This document shows positions 1 to 9,841 of a stretch of 41,173 nt of DNA, in pieces (positions within the stretch are counted from its first letter, which is position 1; every line of letters begins with the position of its first letter). The translations under genes and the position numbers were made by a program. Under the pieces are notes generated by a model. The model did not search any database. It was not told the DNA's origin and was given only the letters and a program-made list of their open reading frames with translations. Where the stretch lies: positions 1 through 41,173 of the forward strand of contig CAZQER010000002.1 of the NCBI GenBank assembly GCA_964592095.1, given 5' to 3'. The stretch is from an uncultured archaeon (GTDB taxonomy: Archaea; Altiarchaeota; Altiarchaeia; IMC4; QMZM01).

Positions 1-80
1 GCGTTGATTTGGATTATGAAACAATAGGACAGAGCATGTTAATGGTGAGTGCAAGTGGAACGGCAGTTGTTGTAGAATAA
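1..80 (+). CDS. 3' end of an unidentified CDS entering from the left edge (partial)
   Basis: The frame starting at nt 3 is open and reads ...VDLDYETIGQSMLMVSASGTAVVVE, followed by TAA at 78-80. It is too short to assign a family. Confidence 0.3.
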   Translation, partial: VDLDYETIGQSMLMVSASGTAVVVE

Positions 81-216
81 TAAAATCAGATGAACTTTGA
101 CGCTCAAATTGCTTCGCAATTTACCTTTACGGTGGAACTTCATTCGCTTCGCTCATTTCGTCCAGACCCTACAGTACTTAGCACCTCGTTTATCCGAAAA
201 ACAATATATATAAACA

Positions 217-732
217 TCAATCAACACTCACAACACCACCAGAATCAAAGATTGCATTCAGGGTTGCTATTGCTGCAGCATCTAAATATTCTTCCTCACT
301 TGCCCTTTTTCCAATTCTTATCGTATAGATTATATCTGTTATACCCGCATCCCTTAGAATACCAATTACATGATATCTTATCTTCATAAGTAATTCTTTA
401 TCTATATCAAATTCAGAAAGCACAGCAAGTTGTCTAAAACCCTCTCCCATGGCGGTGGGGATTAGAGATATCTCAATTATTTCATTATTATCTGAACCTC
501 TGCCAGAGTTTGATAGAGTCATGCCTATTTTCTTCCATTCTAGGATATTTATATTACTAACACCAAGCCTCCCCAAATCTCTCTTAATTTCTTCTAATTT
601 TTCACTTCTTACTTGAAAGATAATCTCTCTTCCAACAAGTGATGTATGGATAATCCCATCCTGATGAAGGTTTTTGAATAATGTCTCACTATCACCATAA
701 TAACTTCCAGATAAAGCAACAGTATGTTTCAT
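217..732 (-). CDS. hypothetical cytoplasmic protein (171 aa), family not recognised
   Basis: Clean ATG-initiated ORF with ordinary amino-acid composition and no TM segment. It is divergent from the debranching-enzyme gene. I recognise no motif. Confidence 0.5.
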   Translation of the reverse strand: MKHTVALSGSYYGDSETLFKNLHQDGIIHTSLVGREIIFQVRSEKLEEIKRDLGRLGVSNINILEWKKIGMTLSNSGRGSDNNEIIEISLIPTAMGEGFRQLAVLSEFDIDKELLMKIRYHVIGILRDAGITDIIYTIRIGKRASEEEYLDAAAIATLNAIFDSGGVVSVD

Positions 733-766
733 TTTGTAATAGATTTTTTATTTATATCAATATATT

Positions 767-851
767 TTGTTTTCTATTGATAAGGATTTATCTTGTTTTC
801 TATTGATAAATATGAATTTAATAAAATATATGTCCATCAATGATAAGGATT
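767..851. promoter_or_regulatory. direct-repeat motif cluster in a divergent promoter region
   Basis: A perfect 17-bp direct repeat TTGTTTTCTATTGATAA lies at 767-783 and 793-809, a 26-bp register. A third partial copy, TGATAAGGATT at 841-851, matches 778-788. All copies sit between the divergent starts at 732 and 893. Confidence 0.45.
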
Positions 852-892
852 ATAAGGGTATATGTGTATAAATATTAATTGCTAAAAGGAAA

Positions 893-2851
893 ATGAGTCT
901 ATGTAATTCCCAAAAATCAAAAAGACTTAATTCACTTGTCAATCTCAAGCCAAGTTCAATTGGGCTTAATATATGTAAGTATTTGGAATGGATTATCCCT
1001 AACGGCACTGGTGGTTATTCGTCATCTACAATAATTAATATGAACACTGCTTTATATCATGGACTTTTGGTGTCTTCTGATAAAAATTTGAATAAGAAGG
1101 TATTTTTACAGAAATTGGATGAAGAAATAATAACAGAAAATGAATCCATTTCAGTGGCTACTGATATCTATGAAGGTAACAACATATCAGATGGTTGGAG
1201 GTATCTTCACAATTTTGATTTTACCTTTAATTCTGTTTTCTTTGACTATTCTGTAGAGGGTGTGGATATATGTAAATCTATAATCCCCATTCATTGTAGA
1301 AATGCTGTAATTGTTTGTTATACTGTAAATAATAGATTGGATAAAGATATAATCTTTAGGATAACACCCTATATGAACATCAGAAATGTTAATGAAACTG
1401 GAAAGAAATCATTAAATGATATGATACCGAGAATTTTTTCAGAGAATATTACAGGTATTTATTCCTCAAATGGTTATTTAGTTATTTATTCAGATATTGC
1501 CAAATGTTACAAAATTCCAAAAGAAAAGAGATGGAGGCGAATAGTTTTATATCCGGAAGATAATTCAATAGAATATCTATGCTCCCCTGTTTACTTTTCT
1601 ATAGATATAGAACCACATGAGATACTTAAATTTAATACAATTGCAATAGGTTATGGAACAGAGGAAAAAACAGCAAAGGTTTTCAAGGAATTGTTTTATA
1701 AATCAAAAGAACATGTTAGGTCATCAAGATTTATTTCCTCGGGAAAGGGGGTATCTATAATGTCGCTACTTAATTCTGTAGATAATTTCATCATAAATGT
1801 AAACTCCAAAAAGACAATAATCTCCCGTTATCCCTATTCAGAAGATAAGGGTAGAGAGGCTATGATTTCCCTTCCGGGATTTACTCTAATAAATAATAGA
1901 TACAGAGATGCAGAGCTTATATTAGAGCATTATCTCAATCATGCAGATTATAGAGGAATACCAAGCATTTTCAGGGATGGAAAGCCAGAATATTTTGATA
2001 TAGATACATCCCTATGGCTTATTGATAGATTTTATAAGTATGTAAAATGTGTTGGTGAGGAAAAGGCAAAGGGGATATTACATACATATTGGTGGACACT
2101 GAAAAGCATTATCAATAACTATATAGAAAGAGAAAAGGATGGTCTTTTGAGACATAAAGGGGGAACATGGATGGATATACCACAAATAAAGAAGAAAAGG
2201 GTTGATGCAGTTGAGGTTCAGGGATTGTGGTATAATACATTGAGAATAATGGAAAAATTTAGAGAGATAATGGGTGATGATTATGAGGATGTGGAATATT
2301 CCCATATCTATAAAAGATTTGAAGATAACTTTATGGATAGATACTGGACAGGTAGTTTTTTAGCAGACTCTGCAAATGATGATGCACTGAGACCAAATCA
2401 ATTAATTCTGATATCATTAGATTTTAATGTTGTTAATAAAACATTGTCAAAGAAGATATTAACTGCTGTTAAAAGGGAACTTCTCACAAATTATGGGTTA
2501 AGAAGTCTAACACCGGAGGATGATAGGTATGTAGGAAAATGGAATAACGATATTAAAAATAAGTTCAATGGGAATGTTTTTCCATGGTTATTGGGCGCAT
2601 ATATTGATGCATATGTAAAAACATATGGATATACAAAAAGGTTACAGAATTTTCTTGAACCATTATTTGAGTTACATATAAAAGATGCCGCGATTGGAAC
2701 AATATCGGAGATGTTCCAGGGTGACCATCCAAACAGACCAATAGGTTCTATTTCATATTCGTGCTCCATAGCAGAATTACTTAGGGTTCACTTTGAGCAT
2801 GTTATGGGTAATTTTACTCTTACTTCTCCTAAGATATCCAACAATAAATAA
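893..2851 (+). CDS. archaeal-type glycogen debranching enzyme (amylo-alpha-1,6-glucosidase, GDE_C family)
   Basis: The 652-aa size and layout fit the archaeal GDE family. Segments such as GREAMISLPGFTL, DTSLWLIDRF, VQGLWYNTL, LRPNQLILISL, YGLRSLTP, GNVFPWLLGAY and GTISEMF are typical of the (alpha/alpha)6 amylo-1,6-glucosidase domain. Confidence 0.8.
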   Translation: MSLCNSQKSKRLNSLVNLKPSSIGLNICKYLEWIIPNGTGGYSSSTIINMNTALYHGLLVSSDKNLNKKVFLQKLDEEIITENESISVATDIYEGNNISDGWRYLHNFDFTFNSVFFDYSVEGVDICKSIIPIHCRNAVIVCYTVNNRLDKDIIFRITPYMNIRNVNETGKKSLNDMIPRIFSENITGIYSSNGYLVIYSDIAKCYKIPKEKRWRRIVLYPEDNSIEYLCSPVYFSIDIEPHEILKFNTIAIGYGTEEKTAKVFKELFYKSKEHVRSSRFISSGKGVSIMSLLNSVDNFIINVNSKKTIISRYPYSEDKGREAMISLPGFTLINNRYRDAELILEHYLNHADYRGIPSIFRDGKPEYFDIDTSLWLIDRFYKYVKCVGEEKAKGILHTYWWTLKSIINNYIEREKDGLLRHKGGTWMDIPQIKKKRVDAVEVQGLWYNTLRIMEKFREIMGDDYEDVEYSHIYKRFEDNFMDRYWTGSFLADSANDDALRPNQLILISLDFNVVNKTLSKKILTAVKRELLTNYGLRSLTPEDDRYVGKWNNDIKNKFNGNVFPWLLGAYIDAYVKTYGYTKRLQNFLEPLFELHIKDAAIGTISEMFQGDHPNRPIGSISYSCSIAELLRVHFEHVMGNFTLTSPKISNNK

Positions 2852-3148
2852 TGCAGATGTCAGTAGTAAAATTGTAAGAAGAGATGTGATGAGATTTATA
2901 GATATCCCAAATAATGAATTTAGAATTAGGATTGATAGAACTACAACAGAAATACTCAAACCTATTGATAGTGCAATTCTTTCAAGCATGTCTATCTCCC
3001 TGTCTATCCTATCTTTTGGAAAGAGAGCAAATGTTAATGCAAATCCAGGAAGAAATAAAACCAATATGAGACCTATTATTATTCTAATTATATTTACAAT
3101 AATTCCTATAATATTACCTATAATATCCATAATCTCTATGATTTCCAT
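2777..3148 (-). CDS. small membrane protein resembling the N-terminal part of DUF1616 archaeal membrane proteins
   Basis: 123 aa with about 3 TM helices. The LFLPGFALTFALFP...ERIALSIGLSISVVVL pattern recalls the DUF1616 N-terminus. Its 3' end overlaps the convergent GDE gene by 75 nt. Confidence 0.5.
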   Translation of the reverse strand: MEIIEIMDIIGNIIGIIVNIIRIIIGLILVLFLPGFALTFALFPKDRIDREIDMLERIALSIGLSISVVVLSILILNSLFGISINLITSLLTILLLTSALFIVGYLRRSKSKITHNMLKVNPK

Positions 3149-3174
3149 TTTTATTTTAAACCTTAACTCTTAAT

Positions 3175-4713
3175 TTATGGCTCATGCTTGTAAATAAAAT
3201 TTCTATTTCCCTCATCTGAGTATACCTCCCTTAGGAATTCACACTTAATTTTTCCCTTGGAGAATATATAATCGGCATTTAATTCATTGATTATCTTTTC
3301 CTTTCCCTTACAGTCTTCATTGAAAAACATATTTGCCTTCATGTTAATCCTTCTATCTGCAGATAATCTCGCACGCTCCAACGATATTACCCTTCTTTCA
3401 CCTATAAGCCATATAGGTCTGGAGTAAATGGAAAATGTTAATACAACCGAATCCTTTGGTGTATTCTTAAAATATTCAATGCTATTAATATCATCGTCGT
3501 GGATTATATGAGGAAGTTTGTCTCTATAATAAAAGGATGAATCCATCTGTATAAATAATATAATCATTATTACAAGTAAAACCATAATCTTTATTTTACC
3601 AGATTTTGTAAATTTTGTAATAAAGTCATATAAATAAAATAAACCAATACCTGCCATCATAAGTGCTATTTCAGATGTATAGATAAAAAGCCTTCTAAAT
3701 GGGCACAAAAAGAGTTTACCTGTTAGATAATATTGAAGTATAAAAGGCATTAATGAAATAAAGGCTACTGGAAGTATTCTCATCTTCTTATCCTTTACTA
3801 CGCCACATATACAAATCAATGCAGGTATGATAGCAATATATCCGAGAAAGGTATCATAATGAAATCTCGTTGGATATGGTTCGTCTGAAAATGTAAGTAT
3901 TCTTATTATTTTGTATATAAATTTAAATTCATTATCAATGAAAACAAATCTTAATAATAGTATTAACAACACAATAATGCCTATAAAAATCTTCTCTTTA
4001 TTCTTTTGTATGAGATCGGGATTGAGTATAAGATAGAGAAGGAATATTGGTATGAGGATTATTGTTGATGGTGGATGAGATAATGTTACTTGGATGAATA
4101 TTATCAGAAGCATTATATCCCATGCAGAAATCCTTCTTTCAGAATTAATGGCTTTAAGAAACAGAAGCAGAAATAATGGAAGCATGGACATACCATAAGC
4201 CACTGGAACCAAAAACCATAAACCGAGAAGTGTCCAATTGCTTTTTATAGTTAAAACAAAGATCGATGAAAAAATACCGGCTAAATCGCTCTTTGTCAAA
4301 TACCTTACCAAAATAAATACATTCAGTGCAAGGATAAACCCTATTATGGTGGGGATAATAACATCCAAATAAAGTGGCTTTATTCCAGTTAATAATGCAA
4401 TTTCAACCAAAAATAGATGATAATTCAACTCCCAGTTCATATCATAAAAATTTTCCCCCAGAAATGGATTATAAGATATAATTCTCTCTTTTTTTATTAT
4501 CTCATTTGCTATCGCAATATGGTCCCATGAATCAAAGTGGTATGGTAATGTATAGTAAAGAAGTTTTCCTTTCTTAACTGCTTCACAGAGCAGACCATAG
4601 AAAAAAAGAGGATAATCCTTATTGAATACAACATAATCCAATCTGATATTAACATTAATCAAAAATAAACTAAGTAAAAACAGGAATACCAAAATTGAAA
4701 ATTCTCTTTTCAT
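3175..4713 (-). CDS. polytopic membrane protein, GT-C-like putative glycosyltransferase (uncertain)
   Basis: 512 aa with more than 10 predicted TM helices, followed by a ~120-aa soluble C-terminal domain. The first loop is acidic (HFDSWDH), as in GT-C enzymes. It lies 26 nt upstream of the DUF1616-like gene on the same strand. No STT3 WWDYG motif is present. Confidence 0.45.
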   Translation of the reverse strand: MKREFSILVFLFLLSLFLINVNIRLDYVVFNKDYPLFFYGLLCEAVKKGKLLYYTLPYHFDSWDHIAIANEIIKKERIISYNPFLGENFYDMNWELNYHLFLVEIALLTGIKPLYLDVIIPTIIGFILALNVFILVRYLTKSDLAGIFSSIFVLTIKSNWTLLGLWFLVPVAYGMSMLPLFLLLFLKAINSERRISAWDIMLLIIFIQVTLSHPPSTIILIPIFLLYLILNPDLIQKNKEKIFIGIIVLLILLLRFVFIDNEFKFIYKIIRILTFSDEPYPTRFHYDTFLGYIAIIPALICICGVVKDKKMRILPVAFISLMPFILQYYLTGKLFLCPFRRLFIYTSEIALMMAGIGLFYLYDFITKFTKSGKIKIMVLLVIMIILFIQMDSSFYYRDKLPHIIHDDDINSIEYFKNTPKDSVVLTFSIYSRPIWLIGERRVISLERARLSADRRINMKANMFFNEDCKGKEKIINELNADYIFSKGKIKCEFLREVYSDEGNRNFIYKHEP

Positions 4714-4762
4714 TTTTAGATATATATGATAATAAAAATTGTTAAAATATAATCAAATTTAA

Positions 4763-5530
4763 TTATAATATAAAGGCAATACCATATGCTATAAAATTTA
4801 ATCCTAAAAACAACATAATCAAACTCCCAAATATGGATACATATCTTCTTATTTTTAATTTTGTTTTATTCTCAATTAAACCGGTTGAGCCACCCATAAA
4901 TGCCCCAATAATTGTCGTTGATAATACATTTCCGATACCATACGAAAGTATTGCCATAAAGGCGAATATTGAATCCTTAAATGCTAAACTATCGCTGAAG
5001 CCAAGAAACCATATTGCAAATACCAATGCAATTGATTCCAATGCACAGCAGATACTAAAGAGAAATCCTCTCAGAAATGCACCATACCAATGAGTACTGA
5101 AGTTCTTTTTCATAAGAGGCTTTATAAAAGGCTCCAATAGATTAGTGAGTTTTAATACAATCACTCTATCAAAATCAAATAAACCGAATAGTTCTGCTGA
5201 GAATAATATCAAAACCGATCCAGTAAAAAGATTGAATATTACCCACAGGGTATCTGGTAGTGATTTGATGGATAGAAAAATTGATGCAGAAACTGCAGCC
5301 ATTATTGCCAATAAAAGGAAAAGAACAAGTCTTGGTATATTAAAATAGATTGCAAATAAAATCCCTCTTTTTATATTTCCCTCCGCAGAGCCGTAAAACA
5401 CTATTGGTAAAACGCATTGTATGCATGTAAGACCATATATTGCACCTATAACAAAACTCCATAAAATTGATGTTGATGCACCACTTTCCGCCAGTTTTAA
5501 AATCAAAACCAAAATTTCTATGATATCCAT
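4763..5530 (-). CDS. DsbD/CcdA-like (DsbD_2) thiol-disulfide transfer membrane protein (tentative)
   Basis: 255 aa with about 6-7 TM helices. A CxxC pair (LTCIQCVLPIV) is embedded in the first TM region, as in the cytochrome c biogenesis/DsbD transmembrane family. AAGGTGAT lies 8 nt upstream of the ATG. Confidence 0.45.
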   Translation of the reverse strand: MDIIEILVLILKLAESGASTSILWSFVIGAIYGLTCIQCVLPIVFYGSAEGNIKRGILFAIYFNIPRLVLFLLLAIMAAVSASIFLSIKSLPDTLWVIFNLFTGSVLILFSAELFGLFDFDRVIVLKLTNLLEPFIKPLMKKNFSTHWYGAFLRGFLFSICCALESIALVFAIWFLGFSDSLAFKDSIFAFMAILSYGIGNVLSTTIIGAFMGGSTGLIENKTKLKIRRYVSIFGSLIMLFLGLNFIAYGIAFIL

Positions 5531-5604
5531 CTATTCATATCACCTTATAATTTATAATAATTCAGTTTGAATAATTAATACATCAATACATATTATATAA
5601 ATAA

Positions 5605-6192
5605 GTGAAAATGAAAATCTTAGGGGTAAGTGGCTCTCCAAGAAAAAATGGAAATACCGATATATTAATAAAAAGAGCATTGGATTTATGCAAGAAAAAT
5701 GGTGCTGAAATTGAGTTTTTATCCTTAAGTGATAGTAGATTGGAGTATTGTGATGCCTGTTATTCCTGCAAGATGGGTAGTTGTATTAAAAAGGATGATG
5801 TTCAAAAGATACTTAACAGCATGACTAAATCAGATGCTATAATAATTGGTTCTCCAACATATTTCTCATCCATTTCCGGAAGATTAAAGACACTATTTGA
5901 CAGAAGCCTTCCATTGAGAATTCATGGCTATAAACTCAAAGATAAGGTGGGTGGTGCTATAGCAGTTGGTGGAAGTAGGAATGGTGGACAGGAATTTGTT
6001 ATAAGAGATATACACAACTGGATGTTATTACATGAAATGATTGTCGTTTCTGATAGAAAAACAGCACATTTTGGAGGCATTGCGGTTGGTAGAAATCCAG
6101 GGGATGTTCTTAAAGATGAGACGGGTTTAAAGACCGTGGATAATTTAGCTGTTCATATCGTTGAAATAACAGAGAGAATTCTCAAATGTTAA
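5605..6192 (+). CDS. iron-sulfur flavoprotein / NADPH-dependent FMN reductase family
   Basis: It has the GSPRKNGNT flavodoxin-like FMN motif and the compact Cys cluster CDACYSCKMGSC typical of archaeal Isf proteins. The true start is probably ATG at 5611 (MKILGVSGS). Confidence 0.8.
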   Translation: MKMKILGVSGSPRKNGNTDILIKRALDLCKKNGAEIEFLSLSDSRLEYCDACYSCKMGSCIKKDDVQKILNSMTKSDAIIIGSPTYFSSISGRLKTLFDRSLPLRIHGYKLKDKVGGAIAVGGSRNGGQEFVIRDIHNWMLLHEMIVVSDRKTAHFGGIAVGRNPGDVLKDETGLKTVDNLAVHIVEITERILKC

Positions 6193-6233
6193 TGTATTTA
6201 TTTTAGAATTAACCAAGAGATAAATGAATTGAA

Positions 6234-9089
6234 ATGAGAAAAAAGGGTTATGCATTAATTACCGATGCATTGATTGCATTGGTTTTTTCACTTATAATAA
6301 TAACCGTTTTATTCAATCTATCTCAAAATATATCTTATCTTTCCAAAGAGGAATATAATAAATTTTTATCTCTACACTACTGGTCAGAGGACGCTCTTGA
6401 TGTTATGAACAAACAAGGAATACTTGATGATATAGGTTATAATTGGGCTCTTTCTAAAGGCAACAGGAGTTCAATTTATTGGAAAAATGCAACCAACATA
6501 TCCAAAAAATATCTTGAAAAGATACTTCCAAGAAATGTGGGCTATAAACTTCTAATTGAGGGTCAGGAGATATGTAATTCAAGTTGGAATCCAAATAGAA
6601 GCAATGAAAATACAAAGGAGATAGAGACACATGCTGATAGACTTTTAGTGGGATATGGTGCAAATGTTACAATTTTGGGAAAGACGGCAAGAGCAGCATT
6701 GACAAATATTAAAGAAAAAATCACATCGGAATATGCATATTTTGGTGGTTTTGTAGGACAGGGAAATATCTCAAGAGAATTATTTTTACCATCAGATGCT
6801 AATGTTTTATCTGCATATATAGAGGTTAATGCTGGAGATGATTTTGATTTATTTATAAATGGTGCATTCTGCAAAACATTTTCTCCTACTGGAGAGGCGA
6901 TGGAAGCAAATGTAAAGGATGATACGGGAAATATAACATCCTGTAGAAATTTGATTAATAATAGAGGTAGTATTCCAAACATATTTGAGATTAGATTCAG
7001 GGATAATAATATCTCCAAGCAATATATAGGTGGTGGCTTTATAGAGGTAACATACAACACAACAGAGATGGATACAGATGTTGAAACGGGGTATATGAGA
7101 TTCTATTTCCCCAAGATTCATGGAATAATAAACTACTATTCCTCTCTTTATGTTCCTGGATGGGTAAATACAATGGATATAAATGTTTCATTCATAAACA
7201 ATTTCACAACTTTCCTTACCATAGGTGATGAGACTGTTTTTAGAGTAAATGGTAGTTCATCAATACAGAATGTTTACAATTCATCTGCACAGCTTATAGA
7301 TTCGGGATTCTTTGCACAATCAGAATTAAGTGAAAAAACAATTCCAATCAGGCTAGGCACGGAAGGCCTGCAATATGTGGTTACAACAACAACGGGAAAT
7401 GCAGATGTAGTTCTAATTACTGATGTTTCTGGAAGTATGAATTGGAGGATTGGATATAGTGATTCAACCGCTGGAACTGTAAGACCCTGTTGTCCCGACG
7501 GTACTTATAGACCAGAGTGTCTTGAGGATCCAACAAATCCATTATTCCTGCCAGATACTCAGAGATTAGCGTTGGCAAAATGTTTGGATAAATACTTTGT
7601 TGATACCATATTAAATACCTCTGGTAATAGAGTTGCTTTGGTTCATTTTTCAACCTCTGGATATGATTCAACTGGTTTGGGATTGATTGATGATAATTCA
7701 ACACTCCATACTGCAATTGATAATTATAATGCAAATGGAGGAACTTGTATTTGCTGTGCGATAAATAAAGCCTATGAAATTTTAAACTCAGATAGTAACG
7801 CAACTATGAATAAATATATAATAGTAATGACTGATGGGATAACTGGATTTACATGTGAAGGGGCAAAAACATATTTTTGGGAAGGAGGATATTGGAGAGG
7901 CTGCACAGGAATCGGGACATCGGGACATTATGTTTGTAATGGAAACCCTACAAATTGTGGAATCTTTGGGGGTAGTGGAACGGGATGTAGTGCTACTGGA
8001 TGTAGTGGTACTAGAGTGGATTGGTGGGAAGATCCATACGGCTGCACCTATGCAATGAATAATGCTAATTGGAGTTCATGGAGGGCCCATAATGATTTAA
8101 ACTCAGCTGTTTATTCAATAGGTTTTGGTAATTTGAGTGATTGCTGTGCTGGTAATTGGACACTAACTGCTATAGCTGAGTCGGGTAATGGTTCTGTTTA
8201 TATCAGCAGTAATGCTACAGAACTCTTTGATATCTACAAAAGTATAGCTGAAAGTATAGTAAGTTCAAGTTATGTCTCGCAGACAATAACAGTCAGTGGT
8301 GGAACAACAGAAAATGTAACAAATTCAACACTTTATGGTTATCCCGAATCCTATATTGAATTTAGATACATACCGTATAATGTTTCACAATATGGGAAGA
8401 TATCCATAACAAAAAAATCGGATAGATTTAATGAACCCACGAGATGTATAGGTAATATTTCAATACCTGAGAATGTTACAGTATCAAGATTAAAGATTAC
8501 ATCATACTCTGGAGAGCACTGGACTCACTATCTAAATATAAGTAATAGCATCAATTTTGATGAACCTTATAAACTCTGGGATTATGGCATGCCTTATATC
8601 TACTTAGGTGACCCCTATATCATAAATATAAGACACCCATGGACTGTTGTAAATCCCGGTGAAAATAATTATATAGGTATAAGAACTGGCGATTCACCTA
8701 CAAATGATACAAATTGTTCTGCTGATGATAGGGCAATCTACACCGTAAGGGTATCATCCATACTTGGTTATGGTGATGTTTTCCCTGTAAATGAAGGATG
8801 TTTGTGGGATATAGAATTTAGTAATGGTAATATTGTAGATGATTTACCTATTCCTGCATATTATAATGGAGTCAAAGAATGCAGTTATACAAGTTCTAAT
8901 CAGAGTTATGATGACTCTGATGCAATTGCAGATGCTGTGTTTAGACTTCTCAGGGAGCTTGATATAGAGGATGATGGCATAGTAGATATAGATTTTGACC
9001 CAGATGCAATCAAATTTGAGACCACTACTGCAGGGGGAGTAAGGTCACTATGGGGGCCAATAAAGATTACACTTATTTTATGGATATAA
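6234..9089 (+). CDS. large surface protein with an N-terminal class III (pilin-like) signal peptide and a vWA domain carrying a Cys-rich insert
   Basis: The N-terminus MRKKG/YALITDALIALVFSLIIITVLF has a short basic leader followed by a hydrophobic helix. MIDAS-type vWA motifs are present: LITDVSGSM (nt ~7416-7442) and IIVMTDG. Cys/Gly-rich stretches occur (CCPDGTYRPEC, GGTCICCA, CNGNPTNCGIFGGSGTGCSATGCSG). There are many N-x-S/T sequons. Confidence 0.7.
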   Translation: MRKKGYALITDALIALVFSLIIITVLFNLSQNISYLSKEEYNKFLSLHYWSEDALDVMNKQGILDDIGYNWALSKGNRSSIYWKNATNISKKYLEKILPRNVGYKLLIEGQEICNSSWNPNRSNENTKEIETHADRLLVGYGANVTILGKTARAALTNIKEKITSEYAYFGGFVGQGNISRELFLPSDANVLSAYIEVNAGDDFDLFINGAFCKTFSPTGEAMEANVKDDTGNITSCRNLINNRGSIPNIFEIRFRDNNISKQYIGGGFIEVTYNTTEMDTDVETGYMRFYFPKIHGIINYYSSLYVPGWVNTMDINVSFINNFTTFLTIGDETVFRVNGSSSIQNVYNSSAQLIDSGFFAQSELSEKTIPIRLGTEGLQYVVTTTTGNADVVLITDVSGSMNWRIGYSDSTAGTVRPCCPDGTYRPECLEDPTNPLFLPDTQRLALAKCLDKYFVDTILNTSGNRVALVHFSTSGYDSTGLGLIDDNSTLHTAIDNYNANGGTCICCAINKAYEILNSDSNATMNKYIIVMTDGITGFTCEGAKTYFWEGGYWRGCTGIGTSGHYVCNGNPTNCGIFGGSGTGCSATGCSGTRVDWWEDPYGCTYAMNNANWSSWRAHNDLNSAVYSIGFGNLSDCCAGNWTLTAIAESGNGSVYISSNATELFDIYKSIAESIVSSSYVSQTITVSGGTTENVTNSTLYGYPESYIEFRYIPYNVSQYGKISITKKSDRFNEPTRCIGNISIPENVTVSRLKITSYSGEHWTHYLNISNSINFDEPYKLWDYGMPYIYLGDPYIINIRHPWTVVNPGENNYIGIRTGDSPTNDTNCSADDRAIYTVRVSSILGYGDVFPVNEGCLWDIEFSNGNIVDDLPIPAYYNGVKECSYTSSNQSYDDSDAIADAVFRLLRELDIEDDGIVDIDFDPDAIKFETTTAGGVRSLWGPIKITLILWI

Positions 9090-9124
9090 ACGAAGAAGTA
9101 TATATAACCAAAATATAATCAAAT

Positions 9125-9718
9125 ATGAAAACCATTAAGCCTCCAGAACTTGGAAAAAGAATGCGTTATTCATTGTTATCCTCTATAGTACTACTCATCA
9201 CATTCTTTATTACTACTGGAATACTTATCATATCTTTTATGAGTAGTAGAAGCAGATTCCTGAATTACATACTTGTTTTTGTTAACATCATGGAAATGCC
9301 ATTTTTCCTGATTACTCTCTATGGCTTCTGGTTGATTTCAAGATATCTAAGGAATAGATTGATAGAATATTCCATATATATACTTACTATCATCTATGTA
9401 CCATTCATTCTTATTGATAGTATCCTGACATGGTTAAATATGAATCAAAACATCTTATACTATGCCATAAGTGTGATATTTATTCTTATAGATGCCATTA
9501 TCTCAATTATATTCTCTGTCGGTATAATTCAATTAAGAGTAAGAATGGGACATTATGCCACACTCTTAGGCGTTGCCCTCTTCTTTCAGAGTCTGATTAG
9601 TGCAACTGTGATATTTTATCTTATAGGATATTTTATGAATATTGTGGTATATCCATTAATGGCACTATTTTTCTATCGGGCATCAAAGGAATTCAGTATT
9701 GCAGATTTACAATTATGA
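9125..9718 (+). CDS. hypothetical polytopic membrane protein (197 aa)
   Basis: About 6 hydrophobic helices. It starts 36 nt after the vWA protein gene on the same strand. No recognisable motif. Confidence 0.5.
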   Translation: MKTIKPPELGKRMRYSLLSSIVLLITFFITTGILIISFMSSRSRFLNYILVFVNIMEMPFFLITLYGFWLISRYLRNRLIEYSIYILTIIYVPFILIDSILTWLNMNQNILYYAISVIFILIDAIISIIFSVGIIQLRVRMGHYATLLGVALFFQSLISATVIFYLIGYFMNIVVYPLMALFFYRASKEFSIADLQL

Positions 9719-9765
9719 TAGTTATTTTTATTATACTAAAATCAATATTTTTATTACTATACTTT

Positions 9766-9839
9766 GCCTCCGTAGCTTAGTTCGGTATAGCGGCGGACTT
9801 GTAATCCGCAGGTCGAGGGTTCAAATCCCTCCGGAGGCT
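9766..9839 (+). tRNA. tRNA-Thr (anticodon UGU)
   Basis: Manual cloverleaf: acceptor GCCTCCG/CGGAGGC, anticodon arm GCGGA-CTTGTAA-TCCGC, T arm GAGGG-TTCAAAT-CCCTC, discriminator T. There is no encoded CCA and no intron. It forms a GC-rich island in AT-rich DNA. Confidence 0.9.
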
Positions 9840-9841
9840 AC

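Noticed and set aside
81-216. Relatively GC-richer spacer between convergent genes, considered as a C/D-box sRNA or other ncRNA. It contains the hairpin AAATTGC-TTC-GCAATTT at 106-122.
   Set aside because: No proper C box (RUGAUGA) and D box (CUGA) pair occurs at sRNA-like spacing on either strand. The hairpin is short and may simply be a transcript-end structure. There is not enough evidence to call an RNA gene.
90-389. 99-aa plus-strand ORF at the left end
   Set aside because: It overlaps the better-supported minus-strand ORF 217-732 in antisense. Its composition is odd (H/Q/L-rich, low complexity) and it has no SD. I judged it spurious.
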